In this document: piece by piece, positions 30,230 through 39,380 of the stretch
Layout of the letters: each line of letters opens with the position of its first letter
Position numbering within the stretch: position 1 is the first letter of the stretch
Virus record (IMG/VR): IMGVR_UViG_3300033149_006567
Coordinates: 33,843-97,842 of that record
Length of the DNA: 64,000 bases
Strand: one strand, 5' to 3'
Source of the DNA: a virus
Notes under the pieces: generated by a model
The model's database searches: none
Seen by the model: only the letters and a program-made list of their open reading frames with translations
What the model was told of the DNA's origin: nothing
Made by a program: the position numbers and the translations under genes

Positions 30230-30679
30230 TTGAAAGGGGAAGTTATTTTAAAAGCTGATGATTTTGTCCGATTAGATGACAAGTGGAAGAGGTTCTTTTT
30301 TATTTTAGAGCAGTCGGACGTTTTGGCTTCTGTTGGAGTTTCTGGGAAACATTTTCTTCCTAAGTCAAGGAAAAGGGGCAGTTACTCAGATGTCCAAAAG
30401 ATTTATCAAATTGGAAAGTCAGCCAAGATAGCAGAAAAATTTGAAGAACCGATTGAACTTCTTTGGATTGATGGAGACCACTCTCATAAGGGGGCAAAGG
30501 AGGATATATCGAATTGGCGGAAGTTTGTCATTGTTGGAGGGATAATGGCTTTTCATGATTATGGAAGAAGTGGCGTAACACAGGCGGTTGATGAGTTTCT
30601 AGAAAAGGAATCGGATTGCTGGGAGGTTGTCTCGAACAGAGAGGTGGGCAGCATTTTTGTGCTGAGGAGACTGAAGTAG
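30230..30679 (+). pseudogene. Probable chimeric remnant: deacetylase-like N-terminus fused to the C-terminal half of a class I SAM methyltransferase
   Basis: ILKADDF N-terminus, then LLWIDGDH...GGIMAFHDY...GVTQAVDE without SAM-binding motif I. Confidence 0.55.
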
Positions 30680-30732
30680 TTGAAAAGAGCACACCCATAG
30701 ACATCGAGCGAAACAGATACTGAGTGTTTTAA

Positions 30733-31491
30733 ATGTTTAATTGGCCATTAAATCAGCGTTGTGCAGTGTCTTTGACCTATGACGATGGGAGAAAAACTCA
30801 TTGTAAAGCAGCTGTTCCGCTGTTAAATAAATACGGACTAAAGGGCACTTTTTATGTGGATTCTAGTTCAAAGTTTTTTAGAAGGCGACCCTATTTGTGG
30901 AAGAAAGTTGCCGAGGCAGGACACGAGCTGGGGAATCATGGCCTTTTTCATTCTTGTCGAAGAATTGAATCTCGGAAGGAGTGGCTGAAGCCTTATTTGG
31001 ATTTGTGCGAATATACTCCAGACAGATTCGAAGAAGAACTTCAGATGGCGAATTTTATTTTATATTTAATAGACGGCAAAAAGAAAAGAACTTACGGAAA
31101 TACCTGTTGGGACATCACTATTGGACGAGGAAAAGGAGAGGTGTCCATGGATGCTATTTTAAGGAAGAATTTTATTGCCGCCAGAGGTCCTCTCCGCCAG
31201 AAACCAGCCAGGATTGATTCGGAATTTAATTTGATGCAGGTAGGGACTTTGCAGGCTGACGGGAAAACTTTCTCAGATCTGCAGCGTTTTATCGTCAAGG
31301 CGACCTTTCCCGGGAGTTGGGTAGTTTTGACCATTCATGGAGTTCAAGAAGATGGGCCGGGCCTGTTTTTAGAAAGCAAGGAACATCGGCGTTTAATTGA
31401 GTGGCTTTCGGCCCAAAGAAACAACATATGGACTGCTCCGTTCATAGAAGTCGCTCGATACGTCAGAGACCGGCGGGAAAAGAAATCTTAG
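30733..31491 (+). CDS. Polysaccharide deacetylase (NodB/CE4-like)
   Basis: SLTYDDG, GTFYV, GHELGNHGLFH, VLTIHG. Confidence 0.85.
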   Translation: MFNWPLNQRCAVSLTYDDGRKTHCKAAVPLLNKYGLKGTFYVDSSSKFFRRRPYLWKKVAEAGHELGNHGLFHSCRRIESRKEWLKPYLDLCEYTPDRFEEELQMANFILYLIDGKKKRTYGNTCWDITIGRGKGEVSMDAILRKNFIAARGPLRQKPARIDSEFNLMQVGTLQADGKTFSDLQRFIVKATFPGSWVVLTIHGVQEDGPGLFLESKEHRRLIEWLSAQRNNIWTAPFIEVARYVRDRREKKS

Positions 31492-31761
31492 ATGCTTAAG
31501 TTGGAGAAAAAATTTCGGAATCGTGTTACTGGAGAAGTATTTTCCGACTTCTTGGATGTGATTGGCGATAGGGTTACCTTAAACTATTCTTTTAGATATT
31601 GTAGTGGTGGATATCGAGGGGAATGCGGAAAAATTGCCAAGAAAAATGCGCTTTCAACACCGACTCTTTGGTTCGAGAAATTCCTCGCAAGCAACGACGC
31701 TATCGCCTCGGGGGAGATATATCACGAGGCAGAAGTCGAGAGGGTGGGCGGCAATGGTTAA
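31492..31761 (+). CDS. Hypothetical protein or gene fragment
   Basis: 89 aa, abuts the upstream stop; no motif recognised. Confidence 0.35.
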   Translation: MLKLEKKFRNRVTGEVFSDFLDVIGDRVTLNYSFRYCSGGYRGECGKIAKKNALSTPTLWFEKFLASNDAIASGEIYHEAEVERVGGNG

Positions 31762-31843
31762 GTTGGACTTCTGTTTCCCTTATTGAGCATTTAGTTAATC
31801 AGGGAGTTAAAATAAAATTTTAGAATAGAAGGGAAGGTAAGGG

Positions 31844-32344
31844 ATGGGAGAAAGAGGCAATTTTATACATCCTTCTGCGGCAAAATTCGTCAAAAGAAAT
31901 AAGGTTCGGTTAGGCGTGGGGGTTGTGGTATGCAAAGGAGTCCGAATTGGAAAAAATGTTTACATAAACAACAATGTCGTTATTCAAAAGGGGGCTCATA
32001 TAGGAAATCATGTCGGGATACAAGCTTTGGCTCATATATGTGTAAACGCCATTATTGAAGATGACGTTTTTATTGGGCCTAGTGTGTCTTTGGCGGGCGT
32101 AAGAGATATCAGGCATGGGCGAGGACCTTATGTCAGAGAGGCCCCGGTAATCAAGAGGGGGGCTCGGATCGGCGTGGGTGCTATCATTTTACCAGGGGTT
32201 GTCGTTGGAGAGGAGTGTTTAATAGGGGCTGGAGCTGTTGTCACGAAAAGTACAGAGCCATTTGGTATTTATATGGGTTGTCCAGCTCGAAAAGTTGGAG
32301 TTGTGGAAGAAAAAGATCGCCTGAAAAAGGAGATGAAATCATGA
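31844..32344 (+). CDS. Hexapeptide-repeat acyltransferase (WbpD/WlbB-like)
   Basis: IEDDVFIGP, IKRGARIGVGAIILPGVVVG, GAGAVVTK, GCPAR. Confidence 0.85.
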   Translation: MGERGNFIHPSAAKFVKRNKVRLGVGVVVCKGVRIGKNVYINNNVVIQKGAHIGNHVGIQALAHICVNAIIEDDVFIGPSVSLAGVRDIRHGRGPYVREAPVIKRGARIGVGAIILPGVVVGEECLIGAGAVVTKSTEPFGIYMGCPARKVGVVEEKDRLKKEMKS

Positions 32345-32637
32345 GAACATGTATGGTCGGGGGGTCTAGAAGCGGGACAACAGTGGTGAGTTGTTTGTTG
32401 AGGCTATTTCCTCGCTTATTCGCCGTCAATGAAGCTCGACGGAAGCCGAGAGAGCTCGGCCTAGAGGTCAATATAATTTTTATTCATCTCGAGAATTTTC
32501 TGCTATCAATAAGAAGAAAAATCGTGTGGGCTATTTCAAACATTTTATTCCCGATTAGCAAAAACAGTTTTCTAATGAAGCAAAGAAATATCTTAAAAAA
32601 TATAAGTACATCTGATTTTTTCAAACTTTCTTCTTGA
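32341..32637 (+). pseudogene. Truncated sulfotransferase remnant
   Basis: MVGGSRSGTTVVSCLL...NE start, then degenerates into AT-rich sequence. Confidence 0.5.
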
Positions 32638-32663
32638 CCCCGCTCCTCTTTCTGTGGTATTCT
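32634..32663 (+). promoter_or_regulatory. Sigma70-like promoter for the nuclease/primase-helicase unit
   Basis: TTGACC-N18-TATTCT with TG extension, followed by an AAGGAG RBS. Confidence 0.55.
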
Positions 32664-32691
32664 TATTTCGAACTTTACCAAAGGAGCGAGA

Positions 32692-33633
32692 ATGTCTCAA
32701 GACTACCTTAACTCTGGTGGCTATGACAGCTATAGCTTTTGGGGTGACATTGACGAACATGTCACCAGAATCAAGCCAGTTTCAAAACACAGCAAGAACT
32801 TTTATCCTTCAGAAGCTTCGGTTGTTTTAACCGATGAGTACGGAGATCGCAAAGTAGAGGGAGCTTGTTTAAGGAAGGCCTTCTATCGTATCAAGGCTTT
32901 TCAGCCTGCCCCCCCGAGAGTATATTCAGAATACATATTCCAGCAGGGACGTGATTGTGAGAAGGCTATCATCAATTGGGCCAAAGAGCGGGGTCGCTGG
33001 GTAGACAATAGCCATAAATTTTCCACTAGTGAGCTGGGGTTCCCCATTAAGGGAGAGCTTGACGGGATATTCATAGAGCCACATACGGGGAACCTGTACA
33101 TAATGGAAGCAAAAACTTTTTATGGATATTACGCGACTAAAGAGATAATGGGCAACTATAAGCAAAAGGGATTCCCTAAGATGTCTCATTTGCTTCAATT
33201 GCTTCTCTATGTCTACCTATTCAGGCCCAACAGTGGGTTTAATTTCACTGACTATGAGATTCCTTATGGACGTCTTGTTTATTGGGCTCGAGATAACGCT
33301 GCCAATCGAAAAACTTTCAAAGTTGAATTAAAGCAAGAGGGCGAGATATTTTTTCCTGTGGTCGAAGGCGAAGTTGTTCGTACTTTTACCGTGAATGACA
33401 TGATTGCTCGATATCGAAAGCTTAAGGAACATTTGGATAACGATGAGGTTCCACCTCGCGATTTTGAACATCAGTATTCTCCCGAAAAGATAAGGGATTT
33501 TTTTGAAAAAGGAAAAGTTTCCAAGAAAGCCTTTGGTGATTGGCAGAAGAGGAAGAAAGTGCCGGGAGACCCCCTTTGTTCCCCGACTTATTGTCCCTAT
33601 TTCCACCATTGTTACGAACGAGCCAACCTCTAA
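32692..33633 (+). CDS. Cas4-like PD-(D/E)XK exonuclease
   Basis: N-terminal CLRKAFY, GELDG...MEAKT, QLLLY, C-terminal C...CPY...C. Confidence 0.7.
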   Translation: MSQDYLNSGGYDSYSFWGDIDEHVTRIKPVSKHSKNFYPSEASVVLTDEYGDRKVEGACLRKAFYRIKAFQPAPPRVYSEYIFQQGRDCEKAIINWAKERGRWVDNSHKFSTSELGFPIKGELDGIFIEPHTGNLYIMEAKTFYGYYATKEIMGNYKQKGFPKMSHLLQLLLYVYLFRPNSGFNFTDYEIPYGRLVYWARDNAANRKTFKVELKQEGEIFFPVVEGEVVRTFTVNDMIARYRKLKEHLDNDEVPPRDFEHQYSPEKIRDFFEKGKVSKKAFGDWQKRKKVPGDPLCSPTYCPYFHHCYERANL

Positions 33634-33650
33634 AACTAGCAGGTATCCAG

Positions 33651-36599
33651 ATGCCTAAGATCAAGAATCTTGAAGAACTGATGGACAAGTTGACCCCTAA
33701 GCTTGAACATTATCTTCGTTCTTTCGGGATAGAAACTGAAAGAAACTTTAGCTGCATTAGCCCCGACCATGAAGACAGAAACCCATCTTGCAGTATTCAA
33801 GGAAATGACAAGAGGACCTTTTTTTGTCATGGCTGTGGGATCGAAGGCGGGATATTCGCTGCTTGCCACTATCTAGAAGGCAAGCCTTTGCATGGGCAGC
33901 ATTTTGTCCAGGAAAATGTTCGTTATTTAGCGGATAAGTTTGGCATAGAATACGAGATGGAAGAGGCCTCTGAGGCGGAGTTGTATCGGTTTGACACTCT
34001 GCGGGCTTACCAAGCGGCCGCCGAATACATCCGAAGAGTTCCCAAAAGCAAGAAGGCTCTAAAAGAGATTAAGAGGCGGGGATGGACTGAAGAATTGTGT
34101 TTTCGCGAGGGAGTAGGCGCTGTTGAAGATTTTAAAAGCTTTAGGGAGTATCTAAAGGACAAGGGGTTTGCCGCAGGGTTTCTAGATGACATAGACCTTG
34201 GTCGCAAGGACATGTTTAACGAAGAAAACCTCATTTTTACTATTCGAGATGAAACGGGTCACCCCGTAGGCTTTGCCTGTAAAATTTTATCTGACTACAA
34301 CAAGGGCGCCAAGTACGTAAATCAAAAAACCACTGGCCAGAAGTGCAATATCTACAAAAAGGGAGAGCGTCTTTACGGGTTTGATTATGTCATGCAGGTT
34401 TTTCGGGATGACCCCCCATTTATCTATGTGTTTGAAGGTTACAGTGACGTTCTGACAGCTCGTCAGAATGGTATCGAAAATTGTTGTGCCGTTGGGGGTG
34501 TAAATTTTACCTATGAGCATCTTAGGCTCTTAAAGACCAATAACTTTTACAAGATATGCCTGTGTTTGGACGGAGATGCGAGAGGACAGGGAGCCACATC
34601 TCGTTTATTAGATAATATATTCTCTGATCATAAAGATGTAGACTTATATGTCATAGATATTCCCGAAGAAGAGGATCCTGACGGTTACATCAGGAAACAT
34701 GGAATAGAAAAATTTAAAAGGCTCCAGCAAAAAACGGCCTTTGAGTGGCGGCTCAACCAGTTCGAAGACTTAGGAGATGATGAGGCTATTTGCGCGGCCA
34801 TGATACCTCTTGTGGTAAATGAGCCCAGCTATATTAAGCAAGAAAAGATGGTCAGTCTTCTTTCTAATCACACAGGAATTTCCCTTCAAGCTATCCAAAG
34901 CGAAGTCCAACGTCAGCAGAGTGACTTTGAGAACAAAAAATCCCTGGAGAGGCGAGATATCATTAAGAGAATGATAAAGCGCCTAGAATTTGATCCCGGA
35001 CAAGCCGAAGGGGTAATAGCAGAGACCGAGTCAGAGTTGCATAATTTGATGCGTAAGTATAACGAGGACTCACTCTCTCCCGATTCTTTTCTCAGCCTCC
35101 TAGAAGCCCAGAAACGAGAGCAAGAAGAGAAGGGAGACGAGTTTAGTGGATTCATACTTGGAGAAGATCTAGAGGAGTTTCAGAACGTTTTAAATGGAGA
35201 GTGGAAGGAAGATGTTTTTTGTGTGCTTGGGGGCAGAAGTAACGCCGGGAAGTGCCTTCCGGAAAGTGCAATGGTACTAACTGGTTCAGGAGAATACAAA
35301 AGCATCAAGGATATGGTTGAAGGAAAAGACGATAGCGTGATAGCGATGGATAAGTTTCATAAAATGGTCCCAGCTAAGGTCATCGGTTGGCAAAATGTTG
35401 GAGAGAAACAATGCGCTAATATCAAAACGATTGACGGGATAAGTATCGAGGCCGCTTATACTCATCCGTTTTATACGCTGAACGGGTGGAAAAAAGTGTC
35501 GGAATTGCAAAAAGGAGATAGGGTCGCCATTGCTTCAGATTTGACCTGTTTGAACAAGGGGTATGAACGAGGCATTTCTGGAGATGACACTGAACTTCTG
35601 GGGCACCATATAGGAGACGGAGCTATTACTGAAGGAGATATATGCTTTGCGGAAATCACAGAAATAGAAAACGTTGGGAGAAAGGAGTGCTATGACCTGG
35701 AAGTCGAAAAGCATCATACTTTCTTGGCTAATGATTTTGTAGTGCACAATAGCAGCTTGTGCGTAAAACTCGGAGTGGCTATTGCGTCTCATTTGGAGAA
35801 TGATGCTTGTGTTATTTACCATTCGATAGATGATTCGGCCAGGCAAATACTTCCCAAGTTTGTTTGTGTTTCCGAAGGCAGTCGTTTATTAGAGATTAAC
35901 CAGGTGGTGAATCCTGGATACCATATGGCCCAAGGACGAAAAGATATTGTGCAGCGAAGGAATGCTGGGTATGAGACTCTTCGCCAATTAGGGGCTGAGG
36001 GACGATTGATTCTTAAGGATTCGGGGAATGGAAATTCTCTGGCTTTTTCGGAGTCTCTTGTTAAGTACTATAGAAGCAAATACCCCTCTAGGCGCCTTGT
36101 TTATATATTAGATAACTTTCACAAACTCAGCGACCTTGCCAGTTCTGATGTAGATCAAGGGACCTATAAGGCTATGTCTCAGCGGATAAAAGAGATGGCA
36201 TGTAAGTATAGGGCTGCTGTGATTGCTACTGTTGAATACACTAAGCTTGTGCCGGGAACTCGTCCAACCAACTATAATATATCCAATAGCGTACAAATAG
36301 ACTATGACGCCAATTTAGCCCTACACCTTTATAATGAGCTTCACGAGATTAGAGGCCGGGCTGAAAATTATCATGTTGTCACTGTTAATTCTGAAGTAAT
36401 GAAGCTCCCCCGTATTGAAATGGATTTTGGAAAGAACAAGATCACAGATTTTAAGGGAAGTCTTTGCTTTAATTTCTATCCATATTGCTCAGATATAGAG
36501 GGGGTTCGGTGGGACGAAGTAGAGAGGGAGAAAGAAGAGAGAAAGCCGGAGCCTTCGAGTAGCTCGAGTTCTGGGAGGTATGAGAATATTTTTAAATAG
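33651..36599 (+). CDS. Fused DnaG-type primase / DnaB-like helicase with a mini-intein
   Basis: CHC2 finger (C..PDH...CHGC); TOPRIM (FEGYSD, LDGD, DPD); Walker A GRSNAGK/S split by the intein; Walker B ILDN. Confidence 0.85.
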   Translation: MPKIKNLEELMDKLTPKLEHYLRSFGIETERNFSCISPDHEDRNPSCSIQGNDKRTFFCHGCGIEGGIFAACHYLEGKPLHGQHFVQENVRYLADKFGIEYEMEEASEAELYRFDTLRAYQAAAEYIRRVPKSKKALKEIKRRGWTEELCFREGVGAVEDFKSFREYLKDKGFAAGFLDDIDLGRKDMFNEENLIFTIRDETGHPVGFACKILSDYNKGAKYVNQKTTGQKCNIYKKGERLYGFDYVMQVFRDDPPFIYVFEGYSDVLTARQNGIENCCAVGGVNFTYEHLRLLKTNNFYKICLCLDGDARGQGATSRLLDNIFSDHKDVDLYVIDIPEEEDPDGYIRKHGIEKFKRLQQKTAFEWRLNQFEDLGDDEAICAAMIPLVVNEPSYIKQEKMVSLLSNHTGISLQAIQSEVQRQQSDFENKKSLERRDIIKRMIKRLEFDPGQAEGVIAETESELHNLMRKYNEDSLSPDSFLSLLEAQKREQEEKGDEFSGFILGEDLEEFQNVLNGEWKEDVFCVLGGRSNAGKCLPESAMVLTGSGEYKSIKDMVEGKDDSVIAMDKFHKMVPAKVIGWQNVGEKQCANIKTIDGISIEAAYTHPFYTLNGWKKVSELQKGDRVAIASDLTCLNKGYERGISGDDTELLGHHIGDGAITEGDICFAEITEIENVGRKECYDLEVEKHHTFLANDFVVHNSSLCVKLGVAIASHLENDACVIYHSIDDSARQILPKFVCVSEGSRLLEINQVVNPGYHMAQGRKDIVQRRNAGYETLRQLGAEGRLILKDSGNGNSLAFSESLVKYYRSKYPSRRLVYILDNFHKLSDLASSDVDQGTYKAMSQRIKEMACKYRAAVIATVEYTKLVPGTRPTNYNISNSVQIDYDANLALHLYNELHEIRGRAENYHVVTVNSEVMKLPRIEMDFGKNKITDFKGSLCFNFYPYCSDIEGVRWDEVEREKEERKPEPSSSSSSGRYENIFK
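35253..35750 (+). mobile_element. Mini-intein (166 aa) in the helicase P-loop
   Basis: GK/CLPESAMV...THPFY...YDLEV...FVVHN/S; no complete endonuclease. Confidence 0.9.
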
Positions 36600-36607
36600 G
36601 AATTTTC

Positions 36608-37372
36608 GTGGGAACTATTGAAGTCTTTTTTTTGATTTTAGGACTGGCTATAGTTTGTGAGGCAATCGATGCTTCTATTGGGATGGGTTATGGTACCATT
36701 TTGAGCCCTTTGCTGATAATATTAGGGTTTTCGCCTCTTGTTGTCGCCCCAAGTATCTTGCTGTCTCAAGCCTTGGGGGGAGGTATCGCTGCGTTTAAGC
36801 ACCATCATTATGGCAATGTGTCATTTCTTCCGAAGTCTATAAACTTAAAGTCGGGGCTATTGATTGGGGGGCTGGGTTTGGTGGCGGTGACTGGCTCGGC
36901 CTTTTTGGCTGTTTCAGTCCCAAAGTATATACTGAAAACCTATATCGGGGTTGTTGTTTTAGCCATGGGGGGGCTTCTTTTAGCGAATCTAAGGTTCTCT
37001 TTTTCTTGGCTAAAGATGTTAACGTTGAGTATCGTTGGCGCGTTTAATAAAGGCTGGTTCGGTGGTGGTTTTGGACCGATTACTACTTCTGGGCAAATTA
37101 TTGTAGGGCAAGACCACAAGAATGCTATCGGGGTAACCACTTTCGCAGAGGTTCCGATTTGTTTAGCTGGATTTTTAACCTTCTTGCTAATCAACGGAAC
37201 GGGCCTTTTTTCTTTTCCTCTTATTTATGCCATGTGCCTTGGGGCTATGATAGGAGCCCCCCTGGGTGCCAGAGTAACTAAATGGATTAAGCTCGCCCAT
37301 ATGAGATACTTTGTCGGAGCAACAGTTCTTGTATTGGGAGCCTGGACTCTCTTAAAAACTTGGGTATTTTAA
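36608..37372 (+). CDS. TauE/SafE (TSUP) sulfite/sulfate-type permease
   Basis: Multi-pass membrane protein; DASIGMGYGTILSPLL, GGGFGP, AIGVT, GAPLGA. Confidence 0.8.
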   Translation: MGTIEVFFLILGLAIVCEAIDASIGMGYGTILSPLLIILGFSPLVVAPSILLSQALGGGIAAFKHHHYGNVSFLPKSINLKSGLLIGGLGLVAVTGSAFLAVSVPKYILKTYIGVVVLAMGGLLLANLRFSFSWLKMLTLSIVGAFNKGWFGGGFGPITTSGQIIVGQDHKNAIGVTTFAEVPICLAGFLTFLLINGTGLFSFPLIYAMCLGAMIGAPLGARVTKWIKLAHMRYFVGATVLVLGAWTLLKTWVF

Positions 37373-37385
37373 AAAGGAGTTTTAG

Positions 37386-38507
37386 ATGACTGTGAATTTT
37401 GTTGACATTCCGGGGCAATGGGCCCCCTTGCAAGACAAAATTTTTGAGGAGATGAAGGAGGCGGCCAACAAGGGGGCTTTCGTCGGGGGAGAAAATCTTA
37501 AGCGATTCGAATCAAGTTTGGCTGACTATGTTGGTGTTGACCATGCCATTGCGTGTAATTCTGGTACAGCGGCCCTTCAGTTGATTCTGATGGGACTCGG
37601 GGTAGGTCCGGGTGACGAAGTAATTCTTCCCGTTAATACTTTTATTGCTACTTATTTTGCCGTTCAGCATGTTGGTGCAACAGCGGTATTGGTTGACTGC
37701 GAAAGCCAAGGATACACTATAGACCCCTTCTTGGTTAGGATGGCCGTTACGGATAAGACTAAGGCCATAATAGCCGTACATTTGTATGGTCAATGTGCCC
37801 TAATGGAGGAACTCGCCGAAATTGCCGACGACTACAACCTTTTTCTAATAGAGGATTCCGCCCAAGCCCTAGGAGCCCAAAGAAACGGCAAGATGACTGG
37901 CTCTATTGGCTTTGCGGCAGGAATAAGTTTTTATCCAGCTAAAAACTTGGGTGCTTGGGGAGAGGGTGGAGCTGTTACCACGAACGATGACTTACTTGCC
38001 AAGCGTATTAGACGGATACTTGATCAGGGACAAAAAGAAAAGTATGTACACACAGAGTTAGGACATAATTTTCGTCTTCCTCCTCTGCAATCTATCCCAC
38101 TTTATTATGGCCTGAAGGAGCTCGATGATTGGAACAATAATCGGCGTTCTGCGGCAGACATGTATCGGGCCGGGATAGAGAGAGAAGGAAGTTGCCCCGT
38201 TGAATTAGAGGGAAATAGGCACGTTTATCATTTGTTTGAGTTCAATGCGGGTGGTTATCGGGATGAGCTTAAGGAATATTTGGCGGAGAAAAATATACCC
38301 GTTGGGCTACATTATCCTCGCCTAATTTGTGATCAACCTATTTTTTGCAAACGGAGTCGAACAAGTTACTGCATGGGAGACAAGATGTTTTTTAAGGCTC
38401 GCCATGTAGTCCGCAAACTTTTGTCCCTCCCCATGCACCCTCTGATGTCCAAGGGGGACGTAAATGAAATTTGTGGTGCGATAAAGGATTTTTACGACAG
38501 CTTGTGA
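37386..38507 (+). CDS. DegT/DnrJ/EryC1/StrS sugar aminotransferase (WbpE/WlbC-like)
   Basis: NSGTAAL, VHLYGQ, EDSAQA, SFYPAKNLGAWGEGG, LSLPMHP. Confidence 0.92.
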   Translation: MTVNFVDIPGQWAPLQDKIFEEMKEAANKGAFVGGENLKRFESSLADYVGVDHAIACNSGTAALQLILMGLGVGPGDEVILPVNTFIATYFAVQHVGATAVLVDCESQGYTIDPFLVRMAVTDKTKAIIAVHLYGQCALMEELAEIADDYNLFLIEDSAQALGAQRNGKMTGSIGFAAGISFYPAKNLGAWGEGGAVTTNDDLLAKRIRRILDQGQKEKYVHTELGHNFRLPPLQSIPLYYGLKELDDWNNNRRSAADMYRAGIEREGSCPVELEGNRHVYHLFEFNAGGYRDELKEYLAEKNIPVGLHYPRLICDQPIFCKRSRTSYCMGDKMFFKARHVVRKLLSLPMHPLMSKGDVNEICGAIKDFYDSL

Positions 38508-38962
38508 GCCGGATTTCCCACCCAGATCTCTCCTGCCGGTACGTCTTTTGTGACAACAGCTCCAGCCCCTATTAGGGCTCCTTCTCCGATAGTAATCCCA
38601 CAAAGAATAGTGGCGTTTGACCCTATTGAGGCACCCTTTTTCACTACTGTTTCTTCGCAAGTCCAATCGTCAGCCCCTTCTAGGGAGCCATTTGGATTAC
38701 AGGAGCGAGGAAGCCGGTCATTGATAAACATTACCCCATGTCCGACAAAGACTTCGTTTTCTATTCTGACGCCAGAACATATGAAGGAGTGAGAGCTTAT
38801 TTTACAGCGTTCACCGATGACTACGCCCTCTTGTATTTCTGTAAAAGGCCCGATAAACGTGTCAGAACCTATTTCGCAGTCATATAGATTGACGGGAAAG
38901 ACGCATCGAACGTTTTCGCCCTCTTTGACGTCGTCTCTTACTTGGCAACGATAAGTTTTCAT
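38492..38962 (-). CDS. Hexapeptide-repeat N-acyltransferase (WbpD/WlbB-like)
   Basis: IGPFTEIQ, KISSHSFIC, GHGVMFIND, GASIGSNATI, GNPA. Confidence 0.88.
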   Translation of the reverse strand: MKTYRCQVRDDVKEGENVRCVFPVNLYDCEIGSDTFIGPFTEIQEGVVIGERCKISSHSFICSGVRIENEVFVGHGVMFINDRLPRSCNPNGSLEGADDWTCEETVVKKGASIGSNATILCGITIGEGALIGAGAVVTKDVPAGEIWVGNPAHKLS

Positions 38963-39156
38963 GCTGAAGTTTGTAGAATGCCGAGTTGACTTTCTATGTC
39001 ATCAAGGCTACTTTTAATCTCCTCTATCTCTTGTTGTCTTAGGGCATAAAGTTGTCTCAGCTGCTGTATGGATGCAAGATTTTGCACAGCTGTCTGAAGA
39101 TCCGTAATTGCTTGCTCTATGGCCAAAAGTCTTGACTCAAGTTGCTCTGTTGTCAT
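38959..39156 (-). CDS. Small coiled-coil protein
   Basis: MAMTTEQLESRLLAIEQAITDLQ heptads; AAGGAG RBS; the ORF-track upstream extension is probably spurious. Confidence 0.5.
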   Translation of the reverse strand: MTTEQLESRLLAIEQAITDLQTAVQNLASIQQLRQLYALRQQEIEEIKSSLDDIESQLGILQTSA

Positions 39157-39380
39157 TGCCATTTTGAAACTCCTTGTGGCCTCTGGGGTTTTATACTGTT
39201 GTCGCTGGCTTTTTCCTTGACCCATTGTTCTGCGACACGTCCGCCACAAAGAAGGGCGAATAGTGTCCCAATTGCTCCGCAAATCACGGGCGTCTGGGAC
39301 AGGTCTAGGGGGGCTATCCCGCAAATAACCAGTAGGGCAAGGCAAAATCCTAGGAGTTTTACGCTAATTAGTTTAGTCAT
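39153..39380 (-). CDS. Small two-TM membrane protein, holin-like
   Basis: Two hydrophobic segments and a charged C-terminal tail. Confidence 0.4.
   Translation of the reverse strand: MTKLISVKLLGFCLALLVICGIAPLDLSQTPVICGAIGTLFALLCGGRVAEQWVKEKASDNSIKPQRPQGVSKWQ

Noticed and set aside
17784-32344. Ordinary host LPS/O-antigen locus
   Set aside because: No wzx/wzy/wzm/wzt or ligase, and the block is embedded between phage tail and replication genes with matching style; an ultimate host origin remains possible
32692-33633. CRISPR-Cas locus suggested by Cas4-like genes
   Set aside because: No other cas genes or array; stand-alone Cas4-like nucleases are common in phages
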